Shown: positions 1-13,528 of the stretch, one piece after another | Layout: each line of letters begins with the position of its first letter | How positions within the stretch are numbered: the stretch's first letter is position 1 | Origin: Eledone cirrhosa | Lineage: Eukaryota | Assembly: GCA_964016885.1 (NCBI GenBank) | Contig: OZ024744.1 | Coordinates: 52,080,001-52,144,000, forward strand | Length of the DNA: 64,000 nucleotides | Direction of reading: 5' to 3' | Translations under genes and position numbers: made by a program | The notes under the pieces: generated by a model | The model's database searches: none | Seen by the model: the letters and a program-made list of their open reading frames with translations, nothing else | What the model was told of the DNA's origin: nothing

Positions 1-140
1 TGAAAGTATTGCAATTTAAACAAAATTCTGCTCTATTTTTATCCCGTTGAAGATAAGTCTAGTTACCCCTCCCGTTTCAAACAGTAATTACTCACTTCAT
101 CATTGCTGCATATTGTTATACTGGATGCTTAATAAAATTT

Positions 141-549
141 AATATCGGAAGTGCTGGTGATAAAGACATTGCGTTCATGATGAAGACATGGATACTACAC
201 GTTCATCTCAGCTGACACCTTGCCAGACATTTTCTCAGGGTCTATTTGTAAAGGACTGGTCTATATCCAAGGTCCATCCCCACTTTTCTTGCAAACCTAG
301 AAGAACTCAAGAAGAGAATGACTGTAGTATTGGACACTGTTAGTCAAAACATGCTGCAGTATGTTTGGTGGAAGTTGGGTTACAGACATGACGTTGCTGT
401 ATCTCAGGTGGTGAGCATCTTGAACATTTGTGAAATCCGTCATGGAAACCACATACACCTGAAATTCTCATTCAAATTTTGAGGAATAAATCATTGTCCT
501 AGGCTTTATAGTTTCTAAAATTATTTCAAATTCTTTGAAACATCTTGTA
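141..549 (+). mobile_element. Degenerate Tc1/mariner transposase C-terminus and right end
   Basis: Broken frames give RSSQLTPC (WPPRSPDLTPCD-like), NLEELKKRMTVVLDTVSQNMLQYVW and GGEHLEHL* (stop 431-433); ends in a TIR-like GAAACATCTTG-TA. Confidence 0.7.
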
Positions 550-605
550 TTTGTAAAGGCGTATTGTTTAGTGGTTAGTGTATTCGTTTCCTGGTTGTAA
601 AGTCG

Positions 606-1145
606 GAATTTCCACCCCACCCTCCTGCAGATTTAATTTCCACCACACCTAATCGTAAGTTAAATTTCCACCCCACCTTCTCCTAAGTTTAATTTCTACC
701 ACACCCTCTCCCAGTTTAATTACCACACCACCCTCTCCTAAGTTTAATTTCCACCCCACCCTCTTCTATGTTTAATTTCTACCCCAACCTCTCCTATGTT
801 TAATTTCTACCCCACCCTCTCCTAGGTTTAATTTCTACCCCACCCTCTCCTAGGTTTCATTTCCTCCCCACTCTCTCCTAGGTTTAATTCCTACCCCACC
901 TTCTCCCAAGTTTAATTACCACACCACACTTTCCTAAGTTTAATTTCTACCCCACCCTCTTCTATGTTTAATTTCTACCCCACCCCCTCCTAGGTTTATT
1001 TCCACCCCACCCTCTCCTAGATTTAATTACCACACCACCCTCTCCTAGGTTTAATTTCTACCCCAACCTCTCCTATGTTTAATTCCCACCCACCACAATC
1101 TCCTAGGTTTAATTTCCACATCATCAATATCTCTAAGGTTTAAGT
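606..1145. repeat. 28-bp minisatellite, about 19 copies
   Basis: Unit GTTTAATTTCTACCCCACCCTCTCCTAG; successive starts at 798 and 826. Confidence 0.95.
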
Positions 1146-1245
1146 CTAGCTTTTCAAAGTTTTATTTAAAATGTTAATCTGGATCCTAAAACTCCAATGA
1201 TAATTAACAAAATCTTAACATTGTCAGCGTCTTTATGCTACAAAC

Positions 1246-1260
1246 ACCTCCACCACTACC

Positions 1261-1340
<80 letters not shown>

Positions 1341-1372
1341 TACTACTACTACTACTACTATTGCTGCTACTG

Positions 1373-1455
<83 letters not shown>

Positions 1456-1474
1456 ACTGCTACTTCTGCTGCTG

Positions 1475-1546
<72 letters not shown>
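1246..1546. repeat. (CAC)n-(TAC)n-(TGC)n trinucleotide microsatellite
   Basis: Directly visible; explains the polyY/S/V/L ORFs. Confidence 0.98.
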
Positions 1547-2134
1547 ACAAGAACACAACCAAGGGAGAAAAAGAGAGAAAGAAAATGAAGGAGACTCGTG
1601 GTGAAAACCATACCTCACATCCATTTCAGCTTCAAAAAATGTTTCTTGTTAGACGTGGGAGCTTTCAAGAAATCCTAAACGAAGAGAACAAAAGAATAAC
1701 TGGAGACCTGAGTGATTCTGAGAAAATGATTCATTCCCACCTCTTTATTTATCTTCCATCGTCTCCTCCGCATTTTCCTTCACCTCATCTTCCTTGTCTT
1801 CCTCCTACTATTCCTCTACACACACTATCACCTCTCTATTTATACCTCTCACTCCTCCTCGAACAACACTACTGAGAATAAAAATGCATGTGCTTTGGGT
1901 CAGCATGAACGTAGGAATATCTTCTCAAAGCTGCGATGTCAAAACATTTAAATGTAGTAACTACCAACGAAACCAGACTTCCATTACACGGACAACTGTT
2001 GACTAACTGTGTTGTTCAACAATTAGAGATAAAATCGCTTCTTTACACAAAAGTCAATCATTTCACCTTTACAATTGGCCTGTTGATCTCCAATCACAAG
2101 TAAACACACTATCGCATAACACACATTTACAGAC

Positions 2135-2172
2135 TAAAACATATAAGACAAACACACATATACAAACACATA

Positions 2173-2211
<39 letters not shown>

Positions 2212-2231
2212 ACACACACGCACGCACACGC

Positions 2232-2280
<49 letters not shown>

Positions 2281-2557
2281 CGCACACACACACACACACG
2301 CACGCACACAAACACATACATATATAGTTATTATTTATATTTTTCCAAAATCCGAAGTTTCGTGTAAACTAGGAGCGTTAGTAAACACATGTCTACTGGT
2401 CAATTTGCCAACAAATTACTTACGGTTAGTAAGTAATTTGACCAACTAACTTATGTTTACAGAACCACTATATATAAACGAAACCGCGGGTCTCGGAAAG
2501 AAATCTACTAACTAGAAATTACATAATAAATGATAATCTATACTCTTTTAGTTCCAT

Positions 2558-2593
<36 letters not shown>

Positions 2594-2608
2594 AGGTTAA
2601 CGGGACTA

Positions 2609-2655
<47 letters not shown>

Positions 2656-2677
2656 TGATCATGATCATACACACACA

Positions 2678-2761
<84 letters not shown>

Positions 2762-3363
2762 TATATATATATACATACATACACAGCGTATAGATAAATA
2801 CGTATGCGTGTGCACGTATTTGTGTGTGTGTGTGTGTGTGTGTGTTGTGTACGTGTTTGTATGTGTGTATCACAGTCACACGCGTATGTGATTGTACATC
2901 TATGAGAAGTTAGACAAACAAAAAAATGAAGAGAAAGAAAATAAGAAAGAGATAGATAGATAGAGATAGAGAGATAGACATAGAGAGAGAGAGGGAGAGG
3001 GATAGAGAGAGAGAGAGAGAGAGAGCGCGTGGGAGATGTGTGTGCGTGTGTGGGAGTGTGTGCGCGTGTGAGTGTATAAGTGTGTGGGGGAAGGGTGGCT
3101 GTATTTATATATGTTTATATGATGAAGTATGAGTATATTTGATTACGTTCCCATGTACACAGTCTAGGCTCTATACCTACATAATCTTTGCATGTGTAAA
3201 TATGTACAGAAATCTTATATTTATGTGCATATATGTCCGTGTATGTATATATGGATGTATGCGCGTATGTCTATGTGTAGGCATAGATGCGTTTGTGTAT
3301 GTATGTATGTATGAATGTACGTATTTACAATTATATATATATATATATAAAGGCATACATATA

Positions 3364-3426
<63 letters not shown>

Positions 3427-3437
3427 GCACACATATG

Positions 3438-3485
<48 letters not shown>

Positions 3486-3621
3486 CCTATGTATGCCACT
3501 ATGTATATGTGTGTGTGTCTATATATATATATGCATATGTATGCCTCTATGTATATGTGTTGTGTGTGTGTGTATATATATATATAAAATATGTATCGAA
3601 TATCTCTCTCTCTCTCTGACC

Positions 3622-3696
<75 letters not shown>

Positions 3697-3946
3697 TGTA
3701 TGTCTGTGTGTGTACATGTGTATATTAAGAAGTTTGCAGTCATCCTGTGTATACTATATATGTGTGCGTGTGTGTTTGCAAGTGTCTGTTTTTGAGCGTG
3801 CGTTTGAGAGCGTGTGTGTGTGTGCTAAATATATATATATGGATGCGCGTGTATATTGTAAAAATATTTACATGTAATTATGACAGCGAATTGGAAGGGA
3901 TTGTTGACCGATCTATTAGAATGATATACTTTTATAAGGAATATAT

Positions 3947-4020
<74 letters not shown>
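2135..4020. repeat. Field of (CA)n, (TA)n, (TG)n and (GA)n microsatellites (similar tracts occur throughout the window)
   Basis: Directly visible. Confidence 0.97.
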
Positions 4021-4024
<4 letters not shown>

Positions 4025-4184
4025 CAAATGATGACTGCGAACTTCTTAATATACACATGTACACACACAGACATACATATATGTATGTAAAGTCAGCAAA
4101 GTAGTAACCCATATACCGATTCAACAAAGCGTAATAATTTCATTGCATTGCTACAAACAGTATATTTCTCCCTCTCAATGGAAT

Positions 4185-4450
4185 GGACCTCCGTCCCTTT
4201 CGTAGATGAGTGTTCCAATTGATTTCAATCAACGGAATTAACCAGCCTGATCATTAAATTAACTAGCAAGCCGCTGAACAACATGCCACTACTGATATGT
4301 GTAATCCATAACGTATCTCTAAGGGAGATTCACGATGACCTGAGTGACAAGGCTGGTCATTTCTTAATTAAATGTACAGTCAGTTCGACGGGTTTTCAAA
4401 CAGTTTCCATCTACCAATTTTCACTTACAATGCATGGATTAACCCGAGGA
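4185..4450 (+). repeat. Old interspersed SINE-like repeat; related copy at about 35855-36030
   Basis: Shared blocks such as GAGTG(T/C)TCC, TCAA(C/T)GGAA, TCATTAAAT and GGAGA in the same order in both copies. Confidence 0.45.
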
Positions 4451-5029
4451 TTTCGTCAAAGATATTGATGATGATGATGATAATGTCGACATTCTTTACA
4501 GCTGTAACTGATTCTGTTTTTACCTTTTAAAAATTCTTTGTGTTATTTCTTGGACATTTTGAGAAAGGTTAAGACAGAAAAACCACAGTTAGGGAAGATT
4601 TGCCTGTTATTTTTACCTAATGGAGTAACGGAAATTTTAATTCTATATTTCTCCTCGCTCTCTTTCTCACAGCAAATCCGTGCATGGCACACCACCCTTT
4701 ATATTAACTTTATCCCCTCAGCGCTTCCTAAAAGTCCGAGAGTTTGGCTTTGTAAACACGATGTCTGTTTACATACGAAAGCTTTTATTCAGCTATCTAA
4801 TTTAAGATTGGAAGATCTGCCACGATCCCTTGGCTTAATAGTTCAAAGTGCCTAACTGGAAGATGTGGGGTTCCATTCCACATAGCAGCCGATGACAACT
4901 GTTTTACCGTCTTTCAAGAACTTCACAATCTTTTAAATGCTATTTTATAGCATCTCTGTGCATTAGCACTGGAGTTCCACTGAGTTAGGTAGAGAAGTTC
5001 AAGTATCTCATGGCCTTGTTCACGAGTTA

Positions 5030-5597
5030 TGGAAGGCAGAAGAATTGCAAGAGCTGGTGCTGTAATGAAGTAATGTGCCAGCTTCAGCATTCAGTAATCA
5101 GAAGATTGGAGGTAGTTGTAAAAGCCAAACTCGTTATCTTCTATTCGGTTTTCGTGCCAACCTTACCTATTGTCATGAATCTTGGTTAATGACCGAAAGA
5201 ATACGATCGCTAACTAAACACAAACGGCCGAAATGGGGTTGCTTCAAAGGGTCTTTGCAGTAATGTTACTCGATAAGGTTTGTAGGTCGGAGATCAGAGA
5301 GTCACTCCAGGTAGATCCACTACTTCTTCGAATTGAGCGATCACATTCGATATTATGGGCATGTGGTTAGAATATCTCGGGAAATAATCCCTGGACAGAT
5401 TTTACGGGAAAACCCAACCGGCAAGAGACGCAGGGGTAGACCCCGAGCAAGGTGGTTGGATAACATCCGTGAGCTTGGCTAGTCACGTTTGGGGATCCAG
5501 CTGGATCAATTGGAGATGGTTGCTTCTGACAGGACCCGATGGAAGGCGTGTTTGAGGACTCTGAGCCACGACCCCCAGAGGAATAAGTGGGCAAAGA

Positions 5598-5600
<3 letters not shown>
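5030..5600 (+). mobile_element. RTE-clade (Rex3/Expander-like) LINE 3' fragment, degenerate
   Basis: Frameshifted peptides LTYCHESWLMTERIRS, EIRESLQVDPLLLRIERS, YGHVVR, GKRRRGRPRARWLD and VASDRTRW. Confidence 0.8.
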
Positions 5601-5663
<63 letters not shown>

Positions 5664-5669
<6 letters not shown>

Positions 5670-6145
5670 TATATTGAGTTATAAACTCAAATAGTCTTTT
5701 ACAATTAAATAGATCAAAGAAGGGAATATTTCCGAGCCGTGTAATACAAATGAATATATGAGGGATGAACATCGATACAAGTATACATGTGTTCCAATTG
5801 CAAATGACAAAGTTAGTTAGGTTGAAAAATACTAATTTAACATAATATGGTTTGCCTGTCTCGATTTAAAATAATAACTCAATAAAAATAACAAGCCTAT
5901 ATTGGCAATGACCGGATACCCGGACAAATTCTAAATTTGTTTCGCAACAATTATTCCTGTGCTCTTCTGCGGGTATCCAGGAAAATTCGTATCTTTCACT
6001 TCAAAATACTTAAGGAGACTGAGAATGTGTCACAGCGCCTAACTCGTCTCATACTCGTGCCGCTAAAAATAGCAGCCGGTTTTAAGGGGGTAAAATTAGC
6101 TATACGTATGGAGCCGAGAATATCATATATTGAGTTATAAACTCA
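5664..6145 (-). mobile_element. Non-coding 456-bp monomer with terminal direct repeat and hammerhead ribozyme (retrozyme-like), inserted in (TA)n
   Basis: ATATCATATATTGAGTTATAAACTCA at 5664-5689 and 6120-6145; HHR at 5914-5978; homologous permuted copy at 22370-23036. Confidence 0.8.
5914..5978 (-). ncRNA. Full type-I hammerhead ribozyme with GUC site (U4A variant)
   Basis: Minus strand: GGATACCCG-CAGAAGA-GCACAGGAATAATTGTTGC-GAAAC-AAATT TAG AATTT-GTC-CGGGTATCC; perfect 9-bp stem I and 7-bp stem III. Confidence 0.88.
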
Positions 6146-6209
6146 TATATATTATATATTATATATTATATATAATATATATTATATATATTATATATAT
6201 ATATATATA

Positions 6210-6288
6210 TAACTTTGATAACTTTGATAACTTTGATAGGTTTCGGCCAGCATTGGCCCAGGCCATGTCTAACTTAACAGCACCACCA
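6210..6288. repeat. Short TA-flanked interspersed repeat; longer copy at 41295-41461
   Basis: TTTGATAACTTTGATAGGTTT...GGCCATGTCTAACTTAA(C/T)AGCACCACC present in both. Confidence 0.8.
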
Positions 6289-6319
6289 TATATATATATA
6301 TATATATACATATATATAT

Positions 6320-6400
6320 GAATATATATTATTTATTAAAACAACAGATTAAAGTTTAAGCAAAGAATCGCTGCTTTCACCCTTACGGGATCTTCTAGTG
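6320..6400 (-). mobile_element. pLTR-like arm of the family forming the 49777-49910 fold-back
   Basis: AACAGATTAAAGTTTAAGCAAAGAATCGCTGCTTTC shared with 49791-49826. Confidence 0.75.
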
Positions 6401-6622
6401 GTAAAAAGGATACACTAAATAGCGGAGTGTAAGACACAATAGTCACTGGATGTGTGTGGATAATCACAATAAGACAGACTGATGAACAAAAATGAAGGAC
6501 TCCGCCATTTTAAACATGACATGGTATAATCACTATGACACTAGCCAATGTCTATTTCTTTTGATAGGGAAAGATACATATAGACAATAAAATTATAAAC
6601 TCACACACATCTACACAGACAT

Positions 6623-6676
<54 letters not shown>

Positions 6677-6680
<4 letters not shown>

Positions 6681-6857
6681 GTTTCTACTTTTGGCACAAG
6701 GCCAGCAAATACTTAGTACATTACTGGTACTTTATTTATTCGACCCCGTAAGGATGAAAGGCAAACTTAACCACGGCGGGATTTGAACTCAGACCATAAA
6801 GGGCCGTAACTCTTTGCTGCAAAAGCATGGGGTCCGACCCTCTACTGATACTGCAAT
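6677..6857 (-). mobile_element. tRNA-derived SINE
   Basis: Reverse complement of the 26483-26663 consensus (B box GAGTTCAAATCC, GCCTTTCATCCTT domain). Confidence 0.9.
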
Positions 6858-7041
6858 AAATAGACACATTAGACAAAAGTTATTACATACATCTATGTAT
6901 GACAGAGGATGGAAGGGGTGGTGAGAAACAATAGAAAACAGCGTTTGATATTCGTTACACTAGTGTATATATGTGTATGTGTATATGTATGTGTGTGTGT
7001 GTAGTAATTTGCTACACATATTGGCTGGTTATTATTATCTT

Positions 7042-7232
7042 GGTGGATTAGCAGTATCGGTAGAGGGTCGGACGCCATGCTTTGCAGCAAAGAGTTACGG
7101 CCCTTTATGGTCTGAGTTCAAATCCCGCCGAGGTTAACTTTGCCTTTCATCCTTACAGGGTCGATAAAATAAAGTACCAGTAATACACTGGGTGATTACT
7201 GGCCTTGTACCAAAAGTAGAAACAATTATTAT
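7042..7232 (+). mobile_element. tRNA-derived SINE
   Basis: A-box-like TAGCAGTATCGG, B box GAGTTCAAATCCC, central CTTTGCCTTTCATCCTT..GGGTCGATAAAATAAAGTACCAG, (ATT)n tail. Confidence 0.92.
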
Positions 7233-7549
7233 TGTGTGAGTGTATGTGTGTGTTTGTGCGTTTATATCACTTGTGTGAGTGTGGTTATATGTAAGTTTGA
7301 GTCAATATATTTATACTTTTGTGTGCGTATGTGTGTTTGAGGGTTTATAGTTATACAGTATACATACGTATATAAACACACACACATACACACTCAGACA
7401 CTCAAGTACTCACACACATACTCACACACTCACGTACACACACACACACACTCACGCACTCGCACACACACACAGAAGTGTAACGAATCTGGGAACGTTA
7501 GTTTTCTGTAATGTGTCACCACCCCTTCTTCCCTCAGTCATCGCATAGA

Positions 7550-7580
7550 TGTAACAATTAATGTCTCTAATGTGCCTGTG

Positions 7581-7611
<31 letters not shown>

Positions 7612-7667
7612 GTGTGTGTGTGTGTGTATGTGTACATGTGTGTGTATGTAACAATTATTGTCTGTAA

Positions 7668-7719
<52 letters not shown>

Positions 7720-7890
7720 CGTGTGTGTGTGTATGTAATAATTATTGTCTCTAATGTGTCTGTATATGTATGTATCTGTATATGTGTGTGTATATAATAA
7801 TTATTGTCTCTAATATGTCTGTATATGTTTATATATGTATATGTACATGCGTGTGTATGTAACAATTATTGTCTCTAATATGTCTGTGTA
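7550..7890. repeat. Compound minisatellite: anchor GTAACAATTATTGTCTCTAATGTGTC separated by variable TA/TG runs, 5 copies
   Basis: Anchors near 7551, 7648, 7736, 7795 and 7859. Confidence 0.85.
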
Positions 7891-7905
7891 AATATATATA
7901 TATAT

Positions 7906-8548
7906 GAGAATATTGAAGTTTGCTTGTAGCATTGTGGAATAATAAAAAAATTTGGGTCGTTTTGGAAGCCTCAACAATGCAGATGGGTAAATCTCCGGGT
8001 AACAGAATCCGGTGGTGAAGAGAGAGATGTAAGGGAGTGTAGAATGAGATGTATAGTGTGTAGAGGAACGTAGGAAAGAGCGTAAAAAATAGAAATAAAA
8101 CACGAGATAGAGTTACCTGGGGAGAGATTTAATTGTCCCTATATTTCGAATTCGCATCCATCAACTGGGGGATTTTCCGGGGGGAAAGTTATCTGTCGGA
8201 GAGGAACGGTACGTGGCCTCTCTTGACCGCTGTTTGCGTAACAGTTACACACAAACAGCGAACAACAGAGGCCACGTACCGTTCCTCTCCAACAGATCAC
8301 TTTCCCTCCCGGAACCCCCTCCCCCAGTTGCTGGGTGCGAATCCGAAATATAGGGACAATTAAATCTCTCACAAGGTAACTCTATCTCGTGTTATTATTT
8401 TTATTTTTACGCTCTTTCCTACGTTCCTCTACACACTATACATCTCATTCTACATTCCCTTACATCTCTCTCTTCACCACCTGATTCTGTTACCCGGAGA
8501 TTTACCCATCTGCATTGTTGAGGCTTCCAAAACGACTCCAAAAAATTA
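7906..8548. mobile_element. Fold-back element: ~295-bp arms, centre ~8243, ~40-bp unpaired left tail, TA-flanked
   Basis: 7945-8236 is the reverse complement of 8253-8548 (e.g. GTCGTTTTGGAAGCCTCAACAATGCAGATGGG / CCCATCTGCATTGTTGAGGCTTCCAAAACGAC). Confidence 0.9.
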
Positions 8549-8565
8549 TATATATATATATATAT

Positions 8566-8792
8566 GTAAAAGGTAAACAGAAATAACAACACAATCGGTA
8601 CAGTATATGGAAGGGATATATTAGGTTAACGTTTGATATAGCAGGAAGAGGGTCTTAACATTTCAGACGCTAGCCCTTCATCAGAAGAAGGAATGAGAAA
8701 TAAGATAGATTGAAGGACCGGGCGGGATGGAATTGGAAAAAATGCCTTTAGAGAAAATTAACAGGTCCATTCATGTTGACATCTCTTGCAAA
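8566..8792 (-). mobile_element. Penelope pLTR-like arm (family X) with minimal HHR at 8653-8688
   Basis: Minus strand: TCTT-CTGATGA-AGGGCTAGCGTCT-GAAATGTT-AAGA; homologous to 10700-10921 (+). Confidence 0.8.
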
Positions 8793-9178
8793 ACTAAAAA
8801 TGTATATACGACAAAATGGCGTAGACATTACAATACAATAGGAGGGAATATAATAGTACCACTGATGATGTCACAGATGTGCAACGAAAGAACTTTGAGA
8901 GACTATATATATATATATATTTATATTTGTATTTTTAACCGCTGGTCAAGGAATGATACACATTGATTACCAAATAAATTAACTATGGAGATACAAAAGA
9001 TACAGAATCAAAAACCAACCAAACAGTGAGTGTGTTCTGTTATTATTTCTGGCAATATTACACATATATCCCTTACAACAATATGACCCTCCCCAAGTAT
9101 AACATTATTTGCTTCGACACACGATTTTATATAAAAGACCTTGCAAAACAAATTACAAATTACATATATATAAACAAG
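8793..9178 (+). mobile_element. Solo pLTR of the Neptune-like family (family Y) with HHR at about 8858-8898
   Basis: Colinear with 54805-55177; CTGATGA-TGTCACAGATGTGCAAC-GAAAGAACTT. Confidence 0.85.
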
Positions 9179-9235
<57 letters not shown>

Positions 9236-9300
9236 CTTTATCGAGCCCTCTTCGGATTTTAGTCTTCACATTTATTATTACTATAAATATATATGTACAT

Positions 9301-9645
9301 ATATACAATGACATTAAATAAATGGAAACTATATTTATAAAACCATATTTATTCTATTATATTTCAAGGGTGCCAACATTTTGGTACGCTATCATCAGAT
9401 AAAATACGAACTGTGTTTTATAAATTTTGACATAACCAAGGAGAATATACCTTTCTGATGATAGCGTACCAAAATGTTGGTACCCTTAAAAATATATATA
9501 ATAGAATAAATATGGTTTTATAAATATAGTTTCCATTTATTTAGTATCATTGTATATTATACTTCAGAAAACTGTCGAGTGCTCTGAATCAGTTATAAAC
9601 ATTTATATTTGTTGAATTACCAACACATTAAATATCCCTTCTGCT

Positions 9646-9648
<3 letters not shown>
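9301..9648. mobile_element. HHR-bearing fold-back from the pLTR family of Naiad-like element 1
   Basis: 9301-9399 is inverted at 9454-9557; minus-strand HHR TATTTTAT-CTGATGA-..GTACCAA AATG TTGGCAC..-GAAATATA-ATAGAATA; right tail resembles 21200-21280. Confidence 0.85.
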
Positions 9649-9683
<35 letters not shown>

Positions 9684-9700
9684 GTATATGTTTATATATA

Positions 9701-9832
<132 letters not shown>

Positions 9833-9886
9833 TGTGTGTATATATATGTGTGTGTGTATGTGTGTGCGTGAGTATGTGTGTGTGCA

Positions 9887-9985
9887 CAGGGTGTTCAAAA
9901 TAGGTATACACATTTTGATTACCTGTACAGGAAATATTTATTAGAATGCTGTTGAAGTGTGTATACATTTTTTAAGGACATCCTG
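9887..9985. mobile_element. ~100-bp Tc1/mariner-type MITE; second copy at 10571-10660
   Basis: Imperfect TIRs CAGGGTGTTCAAAATAGGTATACAC / GTGTATACATTTTTTAAGGACATCCTG; internal TTTGATTACCTGTACA..AAATATTTATTAGAAT shared by both copies. Confidence 0.7.
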
Positions 9986-10699
9986 CAATATATATAAATT
10001 AATCAAATTCCGCTAACTCGTGCAATTAGTCGCTGCAGTAGCAACCATGACTGTGTCCATCAGGCCATTTCAATAGGCCTTATATAACCAAGGTGAGGCC
10101 AATCTCGTCTCCAATTATTCGGTCACGAAGTGTAACCCTTTAGTATTTAAACCAGCCGTATCTGGCCAGAATTCTCTCATCTCTGTCTGTTCAAACCGCC
10201 TGTAATCAGCTGCTGATATTGATGATAAGGTATTGTTCTCAAAATAAATAATATCAAAATTTCATAGATTCGATATTATGTGAGATATTTATGAGAGGTG
10301 AAGTGTTTACTATGAAAATATAATAGTAAATATAGAGTAATGTAAATGGTAAAGGGTTAACCAGCCACCATAATTAGTTATTGGGATGTGGTTGAAAAAC
10401 GTCACGGAAAAAATTTTAGTCAGGTGAAAACCGGTGTAACCATCCATCACTTAGAATGGTTGCCAGACATCAAGGTATTCTCTTTAACGGGATATCACAC
10501 GTACACAAACACACACACATACACACACACACTGACACATATGTGCATATATATATATATATATATATATAGGTGTCCCAAAAAATGTTTACACGCTTTG
10601 ATTACCTGTACATGAAATATTTATTAGAATAATGTTGAAGTGTGTATATATTTTTGGGGGGAAAGCCTTTAAAAATATCTCACACAGAGCGCCAGCACC

Positions 10700-10921
10700 A
10701 ACAGTTTTCCAAGAGATATCAACATGAATGGACCTGTTATTTTTCTCTGAAGATATTTTTTCCAATTCCTTCCCGGCCATCCCTTTAATCTTTCTAATTT
10801 CTTATTCTTTCTTCTGATAAAGGACTAGCGTCCGAAACGTTAAGACTGCTATTTCAAGCGTTAACCTAATATATAATTCCATATACTGTAACGATTGTGT
10901 TGTTATTTCTGTTTACCTTTT
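10700..10921 (+). mobile_element. pLTR-like arm (family X) with minimal HHR at 10810-10845
   Basis: TCTT-CTGATAA-A-GGAC TAGC GTCC-GAAACGTT-AAGA; palindromic stem III AACGTT. Confidence 0.8.
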
Positions 10922-11049
10922 ACACACACACAAGCACACACACATATATATATATGTATGTATATATATATATATATATATATAGTAATAATAATAAATT
11001 TGAAGACTAAAATCCAAAGAGGGCTCGATGATAAATATATATATATGTA

Positions 11050-12066
<1,017 letters not shown>

Positions 12067-12254
12067 AACACACCCAAACGTTAATAGGGCGCGAAATGAG
12101 AGATTTGAGGTGTGTGATGTGGGATGTGGGATGTGAGATGAGAGATAGAAAATATGTGTGAGATGGTCGCATAATCGATGTTTTGTATTAAATAGACAAA
12201 ATGGTGTTTTCCAGTTATCGCTGCATATCAAATATTCTATGTAAATAAATAGGT

Positions 12255-12880
12255 GTATTGTGGTTCGTTGACTGGTTGGCTGATTGGTTGGTTGGCTGGT
12301 TGGTTGGTTGGTGGGTTGCTGGTTGTTGGTTCTCTGGTTGGTTGGTTGGCTGGTTGGCTGGTTGGTTGGCTGGTTGGTTGGTTGGCTGGTTTGTTGGCTG
12401 GCTGGCTGGTTGGTTAGCTGGTTGGTTGGTTTGTTGGTGGGCTGGTGGGGTGGTTGGTTGGTTGGCTTGTTGGCTGGTTGGTTGGTCGTCTGGTTGGTTG
12501 GTTGGCTGGTGGGCTGGGAAGGGGGTTGGTTGGCTGGGAGGCTGGCTGGTTCATTGGTTGACTGGTTGACTGGTTGGTTGGCTGGCTGGTTATTGGTTGG
12601 CTGGTTGGCTGGCTGGTTGGTTGTCAGTTTCGTTAGTTAGTTGGTTGGCTGGTTAGTTGGTTGGTTAGTTGGTTAGCTGGTTGGCTGGTTGGTTGGTTGG
12701 TTGGTTAGTTGGTTGGCTGGTTGGCTGGCAGGTTGGTTTGCTGGCTGGTTGGTTGGTTGGTTGGCTGGCTGGATAGTTGGTTGACTGGTTGGCTGGTTGG
12801 TTTGTTGTTTGTTTTTGTTGGTTGGTTGGTTGGCTAGCTGGTTGGTTGCATAGTTGGTTGGTTGGCTGAGTGTTGGCTGT
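12255..12880. repeat. (TTGG/CTGG)n tetranucleotide satellite
   Basis: Directly visible. Confidence 0.95.
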
Positions 12881-13046
12881 GGTAATGGCTGAATATGTAT
12901 TAATTTCTATATTTGAATAATTAAAGAAAAACAACAATAAAGACAAAAAAAAACAGACAACAAATTCAATTGTGAAGAATATACGAAACTGCAATAATAT
13001 CATCGTCAACGCACACATATATATATATATATACACACACACGCAG

Positions 13047-13101
<55 letters not shown>

Positions 13102-13104
<3 letters not shown>

Positions 13105-13528
13105 CCAAATGTTAAACAAGGTTCATTGATTATTCAATGAATATAGTTTTACAATAGATTAAAAGCACTCAACAAATAAGTTTTCTGGAGTTATTAATAT
13201 TATTCAAAATATTAATAAATGAAGACATTCAGGTAATCAGAATATATGTTTTATATATATTTTGGAGGTACTGTGCTGTTTTTTCAGTACATCCTCATCA
13301 GATAAAATACATAAATTGATGTATGACATACCTCAATTGTGCTGATGGTTCAATTCCAGTCTTGTCGAAGACTGGAATTGAACCATCAGCACAATTGAGG
13401 TATGTCAGACATCAATTTATGTATTTTATCTGATGAGGATGTACTGAAAAAACAGCACAGTACCTCCAAAATATATATAAAACATATATTCTGATTACCT
13501 GAATGTCTTCATTTATTAATATTTTGAA

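Noticed and set aside
1614-1674. Minus-strand coding exon (TTTAG|GATT ... GAG|GTATGG)
   Set aside because: Splice-like signals are present, but all three frames contain stops
6677-7232. Apparent inverted repeat resembling the fold-backs
   Set aside because: Two independent SINE copies in opposite orientation
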